Below are positions 1 through 9,771 of a stretch of DNA of 64,000 nt, piece by piece. The first letter of the stretch is position 1, and every line of letters starts with the position of its first letter. Made by a program: the position numbers and the translations under genes. The notes beneath the pieces were generated by a model. The model had not been told where the DNA came from. It ran no database searches and was given only the letters and a program-made list of their open reading frames with translations. Source of the stretch: a virus. The stretch is from positions 14,368 to 78,367 of IMG/VR virus record IMGVR_UViG_3300027763_000050, one strand, 5' to 3'.

Positions 1-207
1 TAGCGAAATCTGAGGGTGCTCAAGGGGGCCGTAGTGACCACGGTCGCCAGCCAAGAGCCGTGAGACGCAAATTTCACCGCACTTGGCTTCATCAAGCGGG
101 GTGTCGACTACATAGTCCTCGCTGTAGTCGGTGTGCATAGCCAGGTAGGCCGTGCGCTGGGGGAGTTCGGTGGCCGCAACAGTGGCTACCTGAAAGGGGG
201 CTTGCAC
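1..207 (-). CDS. thyX: FAD-dependent thymidylate synthase, N-terminal part (runs off window start)
   Basis: Not in ORF track. Manual translation from GTG at 207: MQAPFQVATVAATELPQRTAYLAMHTDYSEDYVVDTPLDEAKCGEICVSRLLAGDRGHYGPLEHPQISL. Matches the cyanobacterial ThyX N-terminus (AMHxDYSE...GEICVxRLLAGxRGHYGPLEH). Confidence 0.85.
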   Translation of the reverse strand, partial: MQAPFQVATVAATELPQRTAYLAMHTDYSEDYVVDTPLDEAKCGEICVSRLLAGDRGHYGPLEHPQISL

Positions 208-293
208 GGGGATTGCGTGACTGGGCGCAGTGTAAGCCCTGTCTTGCAGACTGCAAGCCCTAATTTGTTTCGATTGAGTTAAGACCCCTCAGG

Positions 294-1136
294 TTAAGCG
301 TTCTTTATGTCGGCTAGAAGCGTCTGGTAGTAAGCCATGGGGTCTTTTACGGATGGGACCTTTATGCCCTTGAGGTTAGAAATAGCCGAACTCATTGCAT
401 CGCCAGTCTCCTCAGCGCTGAGGTATGCCATGTCGTGGAGATAGTTAATACCCTTGCGTGAATTCTCCTTGTCGTCGTCTGCATCGGCAAGAGTTGCCAT
501 TGTTGCCTGATCAGAGGTACCTGGTCGTGATGGCGGCTTGCTGAGGGCGTCGCTCCAGATCTTGGCTTTACTGGCCGGCGAAGTATCCCTGAATGTTTGA
601 GCTCGATTAACGGCATCGGCATAGCGAGAGTTAACGGGGAGCGGTGCTGATGCGGTGCTTGAGGGTGCGGTGCCTGAAGATGTGGCGTCTTTTGGGGTGT
701 AGAACGCCGTGCCTTCGTATGAGTACCCAAAGTCCTGCCCCGGCTTGCCCTTAAGCCTTGCTATTTCATCTGCGTCAGAGGTAAAGACGTAGTCCCCTTT
801 GATATTCCTGAAGCGTCCAACCGCATTCCGGTTATTGGCAGCCTGGGTAAACGCTCTGCCAGTATTCTCCTCTAACGTATATCCGTGCTCAGTAGTGGCC
901 TTATCCCGCTCTTCGTCGCTGGTCGTCAGCAGATGTCCACCGGTTTGAGAATTGAATAGGCGGTAGACCTTGGCAGCACCTGAGTTCTCGGGTGAGTCAT
1001 CAAGAAGATTAAAAGCAGTGCCTTCCTTTTTGAATTGCCCTGCCCGTTCAAGAGCCTCCTGTTCCGGGGTATTGGTAGTAATGTGATGCTGACCAGTAGT
1101 CGGATTGAAGTAACGAACTGCAGCAGTGCTAGCCAT
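294..1136 (-). CDS. DUF5648-like repeat-domain protein with low-complexity C-terminus
   Basis: Three repeats of the type VYRLFNxxTGGHLLTTxxxE...GYxxEGxAF. TAGAAT motif 21 nt upstream. Confidence 0.65.
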   Translation of the reverse strand: MASTAAVRYFNPTTGQHHITTNTPEQEALERAGQFKKEGTAFNLLDDSPENSGAAKVYRLFNSQTGGHLLTTSDEERDKATTEHGYTLEENTGRAFTQAANNRNAVGRFRNIKGDYVFTSDADEIARLKGKPGQDFGYSYEGTAFYTPKDATSSGTAPSSTASAPLPVNSRYADAVNRAQTFRDTSPASKAKIWSDALSKPPSRPGTSDQATMATLADADDDKENSRKGINYLHDMAYLSAEETGDAMSSAISNLKGIKVPSVKDPMAYYQTLLADIKNA

Positions 1137-1168
1137 CTGAAAATCTACGTTATGTCAATTCTAGGGAA

Positions 1169-1828
1169 TTAAGTTTCTTCTTCTTCCTCTTCCTGCGCTT
1201 GGTCTTCCAGTAGGTCAATACGGTCCCTGAGCCACTGGCCGCCTTCCTTGATCATTAAGCTATGGAAATCAGGGGCGCGGACCTTGGAGAGATGAATGAA
1301 GTTATTGGTTTCATTCATTAATTTTTGGACGGAGAACTCAAGGTCAAGTTTGTCAAAGCCTCTGCCGTCACGGAAATGCGGTATGCCCTTAGCCCTGTAA
1401 TGCAAGGGGTTTACGCAGAATTTATTGTCACAGAGTCGCTCAAGGGGTAGCCGGCCGATGTCACCCCACGTCGTCCAGACAGCAAAGCGAGACGCGGAAA
1501 AAACCGGAGTTGAGCTCCAGTGCCTGGGGACCCTGAAATAAGCGGAGCCGCGATGGATTAAGCCGTGCCAATCCCAGCATGTATCGGGCGATTGGAGTTC
1601 AACAAAGGACCAAAACCTGAGGAATCTTTTACGCCAGGCTCGGTGAATTTTGTGGATGTCAAGGGATATGCGCCCTTCAGCAAAGCGGGCACAGCAACGG
1701 ACACAAGCGCAACTATCGGAGTAACGGGGTATTTTATTGTCTCTTGTGCCGTACGAGTGTTCAGCGAAAGGGCAAGGCGCTGACTGGACTACCTCAGAGT
1801 GCAGATTTACAGGTATTGTCCACACCAT
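1169..1828 (-). CDS. HNH-type (Zn-binding loop) endonuclease-like protein
   Basis: RFWSFV...CWDWHG...ASRFAVW...RLCDNKFCVNPLH pattern of phage HNH homing endonucleases; N-terminal Cys cluster. Confidence 0.7.
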   Translation of the reverse strand: MVWTIPVNLHSEVVQSAPCPFAEHSYGTRDNKIPRYSDSCACVRCCARFAEGRISLDIHKIHRAWRKRFLRFWSFVELQSPDTCWDWHGLIHRGSAYFRVPRHWSSTPVFSASRFAVWTTWGDIGRLPLERLCDNKFCVNPLHYRAKGIPHFRDGRGFDKLDLEFSVQKLMNETNNFIHLSKVRAPDFHSLMIKEGGQWLRDRIDLLEDQAQEEEEEET

Positions 1829-1984
1829 GGCATAACAGGTCGTAAAGAGAATCTATCGAAAAGTGCGGGACTTACGCTTGACCCTTGCATCAGAGGCTCT
1901 TCCTACAGCCAAATTGATGTCCGCTGTCAGACCCCAAATGGGGAGAGTCGCGCCGGGGCCTGCCCCCGACTAGCCGCCCGCAGA

Positions 1985-2242
1985 TCAATCAGCTTTTAGC
2001 AGCCGGTTGACAGCGTGTTTACGGGGGCTCTGCAGACCGTCCCATACGACCATTGCGTAGGTAGTTGTGTATCCGCGGGAATTGCGGTCAATCACCAGCT
2101 CAGTGACTTTGCCGTGACGAATTTCTGAGACGCAGCGAACAAAGTCACTGAACCCAGGGCTAGAAGGGGTTGCAACGTGAACTCCTTGATTGGAGCGTTC
2201 GATAACTCGATCACCAATGCCAAGGCGGGATTTAGTAGTCAT
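1985..2242 (-). CDS. small hypothetical protein (possible SH3/KOW-like barrel)
   Basis: Start MTTKSRL at 2242 overlaps the upstream stop; IGDRV...HGKVTE...VVWDG pattern. Confidence 0.5.
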   Translation of the reverse strand: MTTKSRLGIGDRVIERSNQGVHVATPSSPGFSDFVRCVSEIRHGKVTELVIDRNSRGYTTTYAMVVWDGLQSPRKHAVNRLLKAD

Positions 2243-2514
2243 GCTTTGAGAGGGTAACCGGCGGGAGGTGTGTACGTACCGCCCAGGGCAACGGGCTGCT
2301 CGTGGGCCGCCATAGGAGTTATGAAGCCAATAGGCCACAGCTCCTGTCGGGTACTTCCCTCAATTGCGACCGGTAGAAGTCGAGCGCCGCCAGGGGTTAG
2401 CTCGGTCCGGCCAATTACAAGTGCAGTGCGCTTGGTGACTGTGTGAGTTACGCGACTGCCGATAACTGGAGTGGGCATCCGTCCGAGGGAAGACGAAGGC
2501 ATGTTATCGCCCAT
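2239..2514 (-). CDS. small hypothetical protein
   Basis: ORF tiled between dCMP deaminase and the next gene; start may be 2478. Confidence 0.45.
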   Translation of the reverse strand: MGDNMPSSSLGRMPTPVIGSRVTHTVTKRTALVIGRTELTPGGARLLPVAIEGSTRQELWPIGFITPMAAHEQPVALGGTYTPPAGYPLKA

Positions 2515-2529
2515 CTTGCGGAGTGCAAG

Positions 2530-3078
2530 CTAGGAAAGGGCCAAATCAAGCGGATTGGATTCGGTCTCGTCGTCCACGGGCATTCCAGCCTCGTCGGGCG
2601 AGAGGCCGTTACCGCGAGAGGAGATGCGGTCAACTTTGACGGAGGCCTCGAGGAGCATTTCCCGGGCGCGGGCAAACGACTCTTGCCAGCGGATGGGTTC
2701 GACAAAATCAGGAACGACGATTCGACCGATGTCTGCCTGGATTAAAAGGGCGGCGCACTGTGAGCAAGTCATCAGGGGCCACACATATACGTCGGCTCCG
2801 GCCAGGCAGACACCATTGCGGGCGGCATAGGCGACAAGGTTTGCCTCGGCGTGGACGGTCATTGCCAAACGGGTATCGCGGTTTTTAAGCCGGTGGTCGG
2901 TATCGGCAACACCAGAGGGCAGTCCGTTGTATGCCGTGCCAAGAATCCGCCGCTGTCTAACTGCTATAGCTCCGACTTTTGTGGATGGATCCTTTCCCCA
3001 ACTGGCTACATGAGCGGCCAACTGCAGGAAGCGTGAATCCCAGTCGGGTGGTGTTTTTGGTGGTTTTATTGAGCCCAT
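2530..3078 (-). CDS. dCMP deaminase (cytidine/deoxycytidylate deaminase family)
   Basis: WDSRFL, KDPSTKVGA, YNGLPSG, HAE and PLMTCSQC zinc-binding motifs. Confidence 0.9.
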   Translation of the reverse strand: MGSIKPPKTPPDWDSRFLQLAAHVASWGKDPSTKVGAIAVRQRRILGTAYNGLPSGVADTDHRLKNRDTRLAMTVHAEANLVAYAARNGVCLAGADVYVWPLMTCSQCAALLIQADIGRIVVPDFVEPIRWQESFARAREMLLEASVKVDRISSRGNGLSPDEAGMPVDDETESNPLDLALS

Positions 3079-3110
3079 AGAATCACAAGGTTGACAACCC
3101 GTTATGAGCA

Positions 3111-3410
3111 ATGTACCGATTCACTCGCGACAAACCGGAGGCTCCTGTAACTAACAAGCGCCTGTCGATCGTTGAAGTGATCAACGAGTCCGCTGCCATG
3201 ATTGTTGCGGTTGGAATTACCAGTATTGTTGGCTTGCTGGTAAACATACAGATCCAACAAACCAAGCTGGACCAAGGGATTGCAGGGCTCAGGAGCGACA
3301 TGGATGAGATTCGTAATGAAGTGCGTCTAAAGATGCAATCCGTCCAGCTACAAATTGAGAAGCTGGATGATCGGACAAGGCGGCTAGAAATAAAAGACGC
3401 CGGAAACTAA
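3111..3410 (+). CDS. membrane-anchored coiled-coil protein
   Basis: One hydrophobic segment followed by heptad-like helix. Confidence 0.5.
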   Translation: MYRFTRDKPEAPVTNKRLSIVEVINESAAMIVAVGITSIVGLLVNIQIQQTKLDQGIAGLRSDMDEIRNEVRLKMQSVQLQIEKLDDRTRRLEIKDAGN

Positions 3411-3411
3411 A

Positions 3412-3675
3412 ATGCCCCGCTGGTTGTCTGCTGCAATTGTGGGGGTTGTCGGCACCACGGCAGCCCTTTCAGTTGGGATGTATTTGAGCTGCAGTTTTTA
3501 TTACAACCCGCGGGTCATTGAGTATTACAAAAACGCTCGACCCAGCCAGGAGGGAGTGGACAGCAGGTTGCAGGTAATGAGTTGCGCCGGGGCTGACGAC
3601 AGGGCGCTGACAGTCCTGGCTGGCTTACTGGCAACCCTGGTGTCACTGGCAAGTCAACCGCCAGGTCGGCCGTAG
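3412..3675 (+). CDS. small two-TM membrane protein
   Basis: Two hydrophobic segments; starts 1 nt after the previous stop. Confidence 0.5.
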   Translation: MPRWLSAAIVGVVGTTAALSVGMYLSCSFYYNPRVIEYYKNARPSQEGVDSRLQVMSCAGADDRALTVLAGLLATLVSLASQPPGRP

Positions 3676-3682
3676 GGATGGG

Positions 3683-4006
3683 CTAAGTCGTTTCAGTTAC
3701 GTCAGCGCCAGAGCCCACTGCTGCCTGTTCGAGCTCAGGCTGGGGTCTATAGCCGGCCGCCCAGAGAGCACGGCATTTGGCGTTGAGCTGGTCCCTGGTG
3801 AGGCCCCATGCTTTGAGTGCGGCTTCTAGGTCCGCAACGATGCCGGTGCTGCCTGGGAAGTCCTCGTGGCGAATTAGCAGGCGGGCGCAGTTAGTTAGAT
3901 GGGAATCGTTTGGCGAGGAGCCGCTGGCCAGGACTGAGTCGGCTATACGGCGATCAGCGGAGTAGAGGGGGTGGAGTCGATCGTTTTCCAGCGGCTGAAC
4001 GAGCAC
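3683..4006 (-). CDS. DUF3288 family protein (cyanobacterial host-like)
   Basis: HPLYxxDRxIxD...ARLLIRxxxFPG...DL...WGLTRDQLN...GYRP...VGSG pattern. Confidence 0.75.
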   Translation of the reverse strand: MLVQPLENDRLHPLYSADRRIADSVLASGSSPNDSHLTNCARLLIRHEDFPGSTGIVADLEAALKAWGLTRDQLNAKCRALWAAGYRPQPELEQAAVGSGADVTETT

Positions 4007-4629
4007 TTTGCAAGCTGCAGGGTACTACTGAGACTACCAGCCAGGGGGGCAAGGCGGGGGAAACGGGCAAGACTCAGTAAGACAAACGTAAGACTGAAAC
4101 TAAAAAGGTGACATGGTACAAAATGAACAGTGCTGTCGTACCAATGGGTTTGGAGCTGTGTGCGCCGTGATCGGAGGGTCATGTTTCGGCCTTGTTAATC
4201 GCCGAGATCGACTGCAGGGGAAGGAGTCTAAGGGGGTTGTGCGCCGTGTGCGCTGAAAACCCTACCTAACACTTATATAGGATTTATCTTTCTGGTTTAG
4301 GTCCACCAGAATTCCTGTTAACAAAATCATAGCGCAAGCCACAGAAAGCATAAACATGTTCACCCCGATACAAAACTCCCCCTCTTTCTGCCGAATTAAT
4401 TATTTTGTAGCGGTAATAGGAAACCGACGCACGGCAGCACACAGCCCGGTCTCATTCCAGTGCAGGGAGTTTCGAGGACGCAAAAATTTAGACCACCCGC
4501 ACACTTCTTATTTTGAGACAAAAAATCCCTCAAATCCATTCCAGCGCAGTACCAGCAAAATCAAGCTAATCTCAAAACAGGGGTTGCGCTCTCAGTCTTA
4601 GACAGATACCAGCAAGACACAAAAGCCAA

Positions 4630-4660
4630 AATAAAAGCCCCGGTGTGCGCGGGGCAAAAA
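4630..4660 (-). terminator. intrinsic terminator after primase-helicase
   Basis: GCCCCG/CGGGGC stem (4637-4655) followed on the minus strand by TTTTATTTT. Confidence 0.65.
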
Positions 4661-4678
4661 AGAGGGTGAGCGATGGGG

Positions 4679-7156
4679 TCAGCCTGGGTTGCCCGCCTGT
4701 TCAGGGGGCGAAGGCGCCACCCAGATGTAGGTGATGCGGCCCATGATGCGTTGCCTGCGACTGGTGTACCCGAGCCGTTTCAGCACGTCCGTGATTGGAG
4801 TGGTCATAGAACGGTGATCGGTAATGTCCAACCGCAGCCAACTGAACAAATCCGCGAGGGTGACGTAGGCCTCTCCGGTACGGGCATAGCCACTGATGTT
4901 GCGGCTGAGTACCGACATGACGTTGGCTTGGATCGGGTTATCAGCAAAGAAGCCCTCGATGTAGCCGCGAATGCTTTCTAGTTCGTAGCTGGTGAACTCC
5001 CAGACGGGTTTGTCGAGGTAAGCCTTGTACGCCGCCGCCCAGATTGAGTCGCGGTCCCGCTGGAGTCGGTCTAGGTCAATGGTCTTAATGCTGTCGTTTT
5101 CCCTGCTGGGGACCTTGCCAGCAACGTGGATGGGCATAAAGCGTCGGTTGCCAGTGGGATCCCGCAGGAAGTCAGTGCTGTTGGTCGCCCCTGCCAGGAC
5201 AAAGGCACGGGGAAAACTGCGCTCGTTTTCGTACTTGCGGGCGGATCGATCGACGGAGACGGAGATCAGGTTCTTGAGTTCTTCCACGTACTCCCGCCTG
5301 AAGTAGCGCTCGGTTTCATCGAGAACAACGATCCAGCCGGCATGGAGGGAATGGGGTTTTTCTTTTAGTTGTTTGATCCCCTGCTGGAGGTAACAGACCC
5401 AGGGGAAGGTGCCGGGATCGGAGGGTGACGGCGGGGTGAGGTATTCAAAGAACTTGGACTTACCGCAGTTCTGGGAGCCAACCAGGATCGGCATCCAAGG
5501 CATAGAGCACCCTGGACTGAATACGCGAGCAACGGCAGCAATAAGGAACCGTTTCAGTACAGCATTAGAGAGGAGCTCACCGTTGGGAAGTTTTGGGGCC
5601 TGAAGGTTGTCGGTCGGTTCGCCTAGTAACTCACTGGCTAGACGATCAAAGTAGGGGCATGGTTCGGCATTGACTGAACAAGCCTCGATATAGCGGCGGA
5701 CAGGGTGATAGGAGTTTTGGCCAGCAACCACCGAAGTGATGTCAGCGACGAGGGATTTGGTGGCGTTGCGGCCCGTTCGTTCGTTTATGTGGATATAGGT
5801 ATTGGGCAGGTCTTGGATGATCTGGGGGGAGCGAGCGGGCCCGTACTCCAGCTCCAGGTTCACAAGGTTCAACCTGAGGCCCGGGTAAAGGGCATTGATT
5901 TCTTCCTTTAGCAGTGCGGTCAGGTTCTCGCCCTCACCCTCGGCATTGGCTTTGGGACGACCTGGGGAGCGGCGCTTAGGGGAATCTGCCTCGGAACGTT
6001 CTGCCTCTGCGAGGGTTTTGGCCCACTCCTCTGGGGAAGGAGGCGGGAGGGGATCATCTTGATCGTCCTCAAAGTCGTTGCCAGGGCTGCGGGGCTGAGG
6101 TGGCGGAGACGGTTTAGCCCGTGCTGCCCAGGGTGCGTCAGGGTTGAACAAGCCGTAATCAGGCTCAGCGGGCGACGGCTCGAACTGAAAATCAAACGGA
6201 TTAAGGAAATCCTCGTGCGAATAACCGGCGACCATTGGGAAAGATCTACGCATGGGGTCCTCTCCAGCGCCGCCCTTGAGCTCGTCTGGCAAACGGTCGC
6301 GCCAGGTTGGGTCTAGGTCTGAGGCCAGGAAGAACAGTGAGCCCAGAGAGGATCCACGTAACCCGAGAAAGAAGCGTTCGCCTGCTTGACGGGAGTTCTT
6401 GCCTTTGCCGTGGTGGCCGCGGGATGCCCAGTCGGACCAGCAAGGGAACAATTCCATGCCTGCTGATCTGGCTGCTGCTGTGACGCGGATAAATAGGTCC
6501 CGTTCGCCGTCATTCGTGGGAGGTATGACTCCCTCCAGAACAAAGCGCGCCTTTTCAATCGAATCGGAGTCGTAATGCGCGAGATCGGGGTTATAGGAGG
6601 AACGGGCCCTGGCTGCCTCCCTGTTGGCGTCATCAAGGATGGAAGAAGGCAATACGGCGTCGGGCTGCCAGAGGGGGTGCTCAGCGCGGGAGTTGCCGTA
6701 AAAGATGCGAGCTACGTCCTTACAAGACTTGTCGCCACCGAGAGCCGAGGATAAAATCGTATTAATGGCCCTAAAGAGGTCCGGGTCCTCGATGCGACTG
6801 GGGAGACGGAAGACCGCTCGGAACCGATGCTTCTCGTTGGCCGGGTCATGGGAGCAGGTTGTGTAGACCCAGGCGGCGTACTGAGCCAAGGGATGCTCTA
6901 GGAACTGCTCGACACTCAGGCCGTGATCAATGTCGACAACGGCTAAATCACTGGAGCGGAAAGCGGAATTACTCCGGTGTGCAGAGTGCAGCGCTGATGG
7001 CACAAATGCGCCCCCTTTCTGCACCTGAGCCCGGAGGTCCTCGAGGGTGCCCGAGGTGGTTTTCCAGCCCTTGGCGTAGGACGGATCCCAAGTCTCGGGC
7101 TTGTCGAAAATGGAGTCGTGGACAGCGAATTCGCAGAGGTGCAAGACAGGCGACAT
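4679..7156 (-). CDS. primase-helicase: AEP-like N-terminus, PriCT-2-like region, VirE/VapE P-loop domain
   Basis: DIDHG and YTTCSH...RFRAVF primase-type motifs, DKSCKDVARIFYG, Walker A GSQNCGKS, Walker B VVLDE, GATNSTDFLRDPTGNRRFMPI. Start placed at MSPVLH (7156). Confidence 0.85.
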   Translation of the reverse strand: MSPVLHLCEFAVHDSIFDKPETWDPSYAKGWKTTSGTLEDLRAQVQKGGAFVPSALHSAHRSNSAFRSSDLAVVDIDHGLSVEQFLEHPLAQYAAWVYTTCSHDPANEKHRFRAVFRLPSRIEDPDLFRAINTILSSALGGDKSCKDVARIFYGNSRAEHPLWQPDAVLPSSILDDANREAARARSSYNPDLAHYDSDSIEKARFVLEGVIPPTNDGERDLFIRVTAAARSAGMELFPCWSDWASRGHHGKGKNSRQAGERFFLGLRGSSLGSLFFLASDLDPTWRDRLPDELKGGAGEDPMRRSFPMVAGYSHEDFLNPFDFQFEPSPAEPDYGLFNPDAPWAARAKPSPPPQPRSPGNDFEDDQDDPLPPPSPEEWAKTLAEAERSEADSPKRRSPGRPKANAEGEGENLTALLKEEINALYPGLRLNLVNLELEYGPARSPQIIQDLPNTYIHINERTGRNATKSLVADITSVVAGQNSYHPVRRYIEACSVNAEPCPYFDRLASELLGEPTDNLQAPKLPNGELLSNAVLKRFLIAAVARVFSPGCSMPWMPILVGSQNCGKSKFFEYLTPPSPSDPGTFPWVCYLQQGIKQLKEKPHSLHAGWIVVLDETERYFRREYVEELKNLISVSVDRSARKYENERSFPRAFVLAGATNSTDFLRDPTGNRRFMPIHVAGKVPSRENDSIKTIDLDRLQRDRDSIWAAAYKAYLDKPVWEFTSYELESIRGYIEGFFADNPIQANVMSVLSRNISGYARTGEAYVTLADLFSWLRLDITDHRSMTTPITDVLKRLGYTSRRQRIMGRITYIWVAPSPPEQAGNPG

Positions 7157-7290
7157 AGTGCGGAAGCTGGGCGGAGGAATAGTAGCAACCTCACGCACGC
7201 CTGAGCATGCGCACCCCACATATTCGGCAAAAGGTGCTAGACGGCAGGCTTTATGGGTACTAAGTTGGCAGCTGCACGACGTAAGCCCTG

Positions 7291-7914
7291 ATGACAGCCA
7301 GGACACGGGAGGAGGGCAGAAGCCCGGAATGGACTGCAGAGCCGGCCACATCGCTACGGAAGCAGCGGTTCGCCGAAGCTGTGACGACAGCAAGCCAGCG
7401 GCGAGGGATCTCGTTACGGGCCTTGTGCGAGATGCTCGACATACAGAGCGGCACCATGACCAAATACACAAAGGCCGAGATCGACCCCTGGAGCACTAAG
7501 GCAAAAATTCAGGCGTTACTAGCTGAAGCGCTTGGGGTGTCGTTTGATGCGCTGATGAATTTCTATACGACGGGCGAGTTTGTGGCAGGGGTAACGCTTA
7601 GTTCCGTTGAGAGCTGGATTAGCCAGGAAGCGGCGCCCGAGGATTCGGCGAAGATATTGAAGGCATTAGCAGCGATGCACGAACGTTCGACTGTGAAAAC
7701 TACTGAGTTGTACGCATGGCCTAGGCAGGTGCTGGAGACATCGCCGTTTGATCGGAGCACTCTTGAGCTGATGGGCGTGACAGAAGAGAAAATCTCAGCT
7801 GTTGAGCGGGGCGGTGATGACGATGGGACAATGGCAAGGGTGATAGCGCACATACTCAATAAGAGCCAAGAAGAGGTATCCGAGGTGCTGGCTCAACGAA
7901 AGGAAATTAGTTGA
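7291..7914 (+). CDS. XRE-like helix-turn-helix transcription regulator
   Basis: RGISLRALCEMLDIQSGTMTKY...LAEALGVS HTH pattern; divergent from the primase gene. Confidence 0.7.
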   Translation: MTARTREEGRSPEWTAEPATSLRKQRFAEAVTTASQRRGISLRALCEMLDIQSGTMTKYTKAEIDPWSTKAKIQALLAEALGVSFDALMNFYTTGEFVAGVTLSSVESWISQEAAPEDSAKILKALAAMHERSTVKTTELYAWPRQVLETSPFDRSTLELMGVTEEKISAVERGGDDDGTMARVIAHILNKSQEEVSEVLAQRKEIS

Positions 7915-7980
7915 AGCACAGAGTTATAGACAATAAAAAACCCCAGCGCTAGGCCAGGGTTTGAGGTATTTGCGGGTAGA

Positions 7981-8037
7981 TCAGCAGCCTTTTTTGCCGC
8001 CGCCTTTTGCACCCTTGCCGCCTTTCTTGGTAGCCAT
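7981..8037 (-). CDS. 18-aa Lys/Gly peptide MATKKGGKGAKGGGKKGC
   Basis: Clean ATG..TGA mini-ORF followed by a hairpin and T-tract at ~7935-7965. Confidence 0.5.
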   Translation of the reverse strand: MATKKGGKGAKGGGKKGC

Positions 8038-8089
8038 GGTTGTGAATGAGAGTGAACTAATTAAGCATAAGAAAAAAGAGCAAGGACCA

Positions 8090-8851
8090 TTAACCTGCTG
8101 CGGCTAATTCTGTGTCCTTAGCAAGTTCTTCTGCTTCTCTGATTTCGTAGAACTTACGGACTTTCTGGAGGAACTTGGTTTTGTAGCGAGCCAGTTCGTC
8201 TCCATGGATAAAGAATTTCTGGGTGATGTGAGGAGTGCCGACCAGGATTTCAACTAGATCAATCTTTATGTCAAGGGTTTCTTCTAAAGCAAACGCATAG
8301 GCAGCGAGCTGGGTGGCGCACTTGGCGTATTTCATGTAACCACCAAAATACTGGCGGTTATCGTCTTTGGGGAAATGCCTGCAGTATGGCCCGGTACTGG
8401 TTTTGAGGTCAGAGAGAATTGTCAGTCCATTGCGGGTGCCGACAATATCAGGGCAGCCACAAAATTGGTACTTGTGAGACCAGATGCGTGAGATCCCGTC
8501 ATCACCAGTGCAGAATTTCCAGTTCGGCTTGAGTGGTTTTTCGGACCAGATGAAGCTGTCGTAAGGGTCCAGGTGTTGAGCAATGCCTTCCCAGTAAGGC
8601 ATGTAGTCTTCTGGAAGTTCGACGGGTAGGCCACGGATATAGTTTTCAACGGCAGCATGGACGGCGGATCCACGTTTGCTTGCCGCTTCTAGTCCACCTG
8701 GGTTCTTTTCATTCCAAGTTTGCAGTGCCTTCCTAGAGGATTCGCCCGCGGTTTTCGAAAGGATAGTGGTTACGGATGGGTAAGCTTTATCTGATTTGTC
8801 AGTACGGTAATAACGGAGGCCGTCCTGCTGGTATCGAGTGGGCAGGGCCAA
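8090..8851 (-). CDS. PD-(D/E)XK exonuclease
   Basis: PSVTTIL, RGSAVHxxxE, SEKPL, GCPDIV, DLKTS and QLAAY motifs. Confidence 0.85.
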   Translation of the reverse strand: MALPTRYQQDGLRYYRTDKSDKAYPSVTTILSKTAGESSRKALQTWNEKNPGGLEAASKRGSAVHAAVENYIRGLPVELPEDYMPYWEGIAQHLDPYDSFIWSEKPLKPNWKFCTGDDGISRIWSHKYQFCGCPDIVGTRNGLTILSDLKTSTGPYCRHFPKDDNRQYFGGYMKYAKCATQLAAYAFALEETLDIKIDLVEILVGTPHITQKFFIHGDELARYKTKFLQKVRKFYEIREAEELAKDTELAAAG

Positions 8852-8920
8852 GCAAAGCCGAGACGGCGCCGCTTAAATGTAATGTAAAGGAAAGTTACGA
8901 AAGCCCTTACTGCTGAAGGG

Positions 8921-9370
8921 CTATTGATTGGCGGCTGTTTTGCCTTCCTGTTCGTCCCAAGGGTTATTGATTAGTTCAGCCTGGTCGTCGATATAGTCCC
9001 TGCCGCCTTGTTCGGAGCGATAAGCTGCCAATTCCTCGAGGGTGCGGCGAGCGAGGATTGTGGCGCCTTTGATATATTCCTCCAACGGAATGTCCTCCTC
9101 TGCTAGCTTGCCAGCAAGAAGGGGCCCAAGAATCGCCAGGTAAGAACTTGTAAAAGCATCGGGGATGTAACCGTTGAAGCTGGCTCCCCCGCCAGTAAAA
9201 CCGTTCACTAAGTACTCAAGGTTGACCAGGCGCTGATTTATTGAGCCCAATAGTTCTGCTGACTGAGCTTGCATTAAGGCCTGGGATTTTAGCAACTGTT
9301 CGAGGAGAACGAGGTTTTGCTTGGAGACATCTAGGAAAGTGAGATTCTCATTCATCGATGGAAATGTCAT
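8921..9370 (-). CDS. hypothetical protein
   Basis: 149-aa ORF in the leftward operon. Confidence 0.6.
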   Translation of the reverse strand: MTFPSMNENLTFLDVSKQNLVLLEQLLKSQALMQAQSAELLGSINQRLVNLEYLVNGFTGGGASFNGYIPDAFTSSYLAILGPLLAGKLAEEDIPLEEYIKGATILARRTLEELAAYRSEQGGRDYIDDQAELINNPWDEQEGKTAANQ

Positions 9371-9771
9371 AGCTGATAGAGGGAGTGTTATCGGGCCGAG
9401 AGAAAAAACGCATCAGACCAAGGGCGCCCCGTCTTTCGGGAGGGAGCAGGTTCCAAGCGGTCTGACAAGTAACTTCATCGTAGGTGGAGATAACGGCGCG
9501 AACGTCCGCGCAGGTAGAGCAGGTTAAAAGGGAATTAAGCGCTGACTGGATATGAGCAGAGGAGGTAGAGGGAAGTGGGCGCTGCAATGACCCGCCAGTC
9601 GGTGGGCTTGTGCTTGGCGATGTAGTCATTAGCTGATTGGTGCGAGTCAATTCTTTGTAGAGAATATGAAGCGGTTGGGGTATGGAGAAAATTGTCAGAA
9701 GGAACTGGGGAAGACTCGGGAATTGATTCCAGCGTAGACATCGGTAGATTCAGTGAAGGTTAGATAAAACA

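Noticed and set aside
1830-1984. tRNA or known cyanophage ncRNA in a GC-rich gap
   Set aside because: Some pairing potential but no cloverleaf or T-loop consensus. No tRNA was recognised anywhere in the window; an Rfam/tRNAscan run is needed.
7157-7471. N-terminal 105 aa of the 930-aa primase ORF in the track
   Set aside because: Overlaps the divergent HTH gene and reads as non-protein-like; start moved to 7156.
7291-7914. Prophage CI repressor / integrated prophage
   Set aside because: No S24 peptidase domain, integrase, att site or flanking host genes; lifestyle cannot be determined from this window.
8090-8851. Cas4
   Set aside because: Lacks the four-Cys Fe-S arrangement; an ordinary phage PD-(D/E)XK exonuclease fits better.
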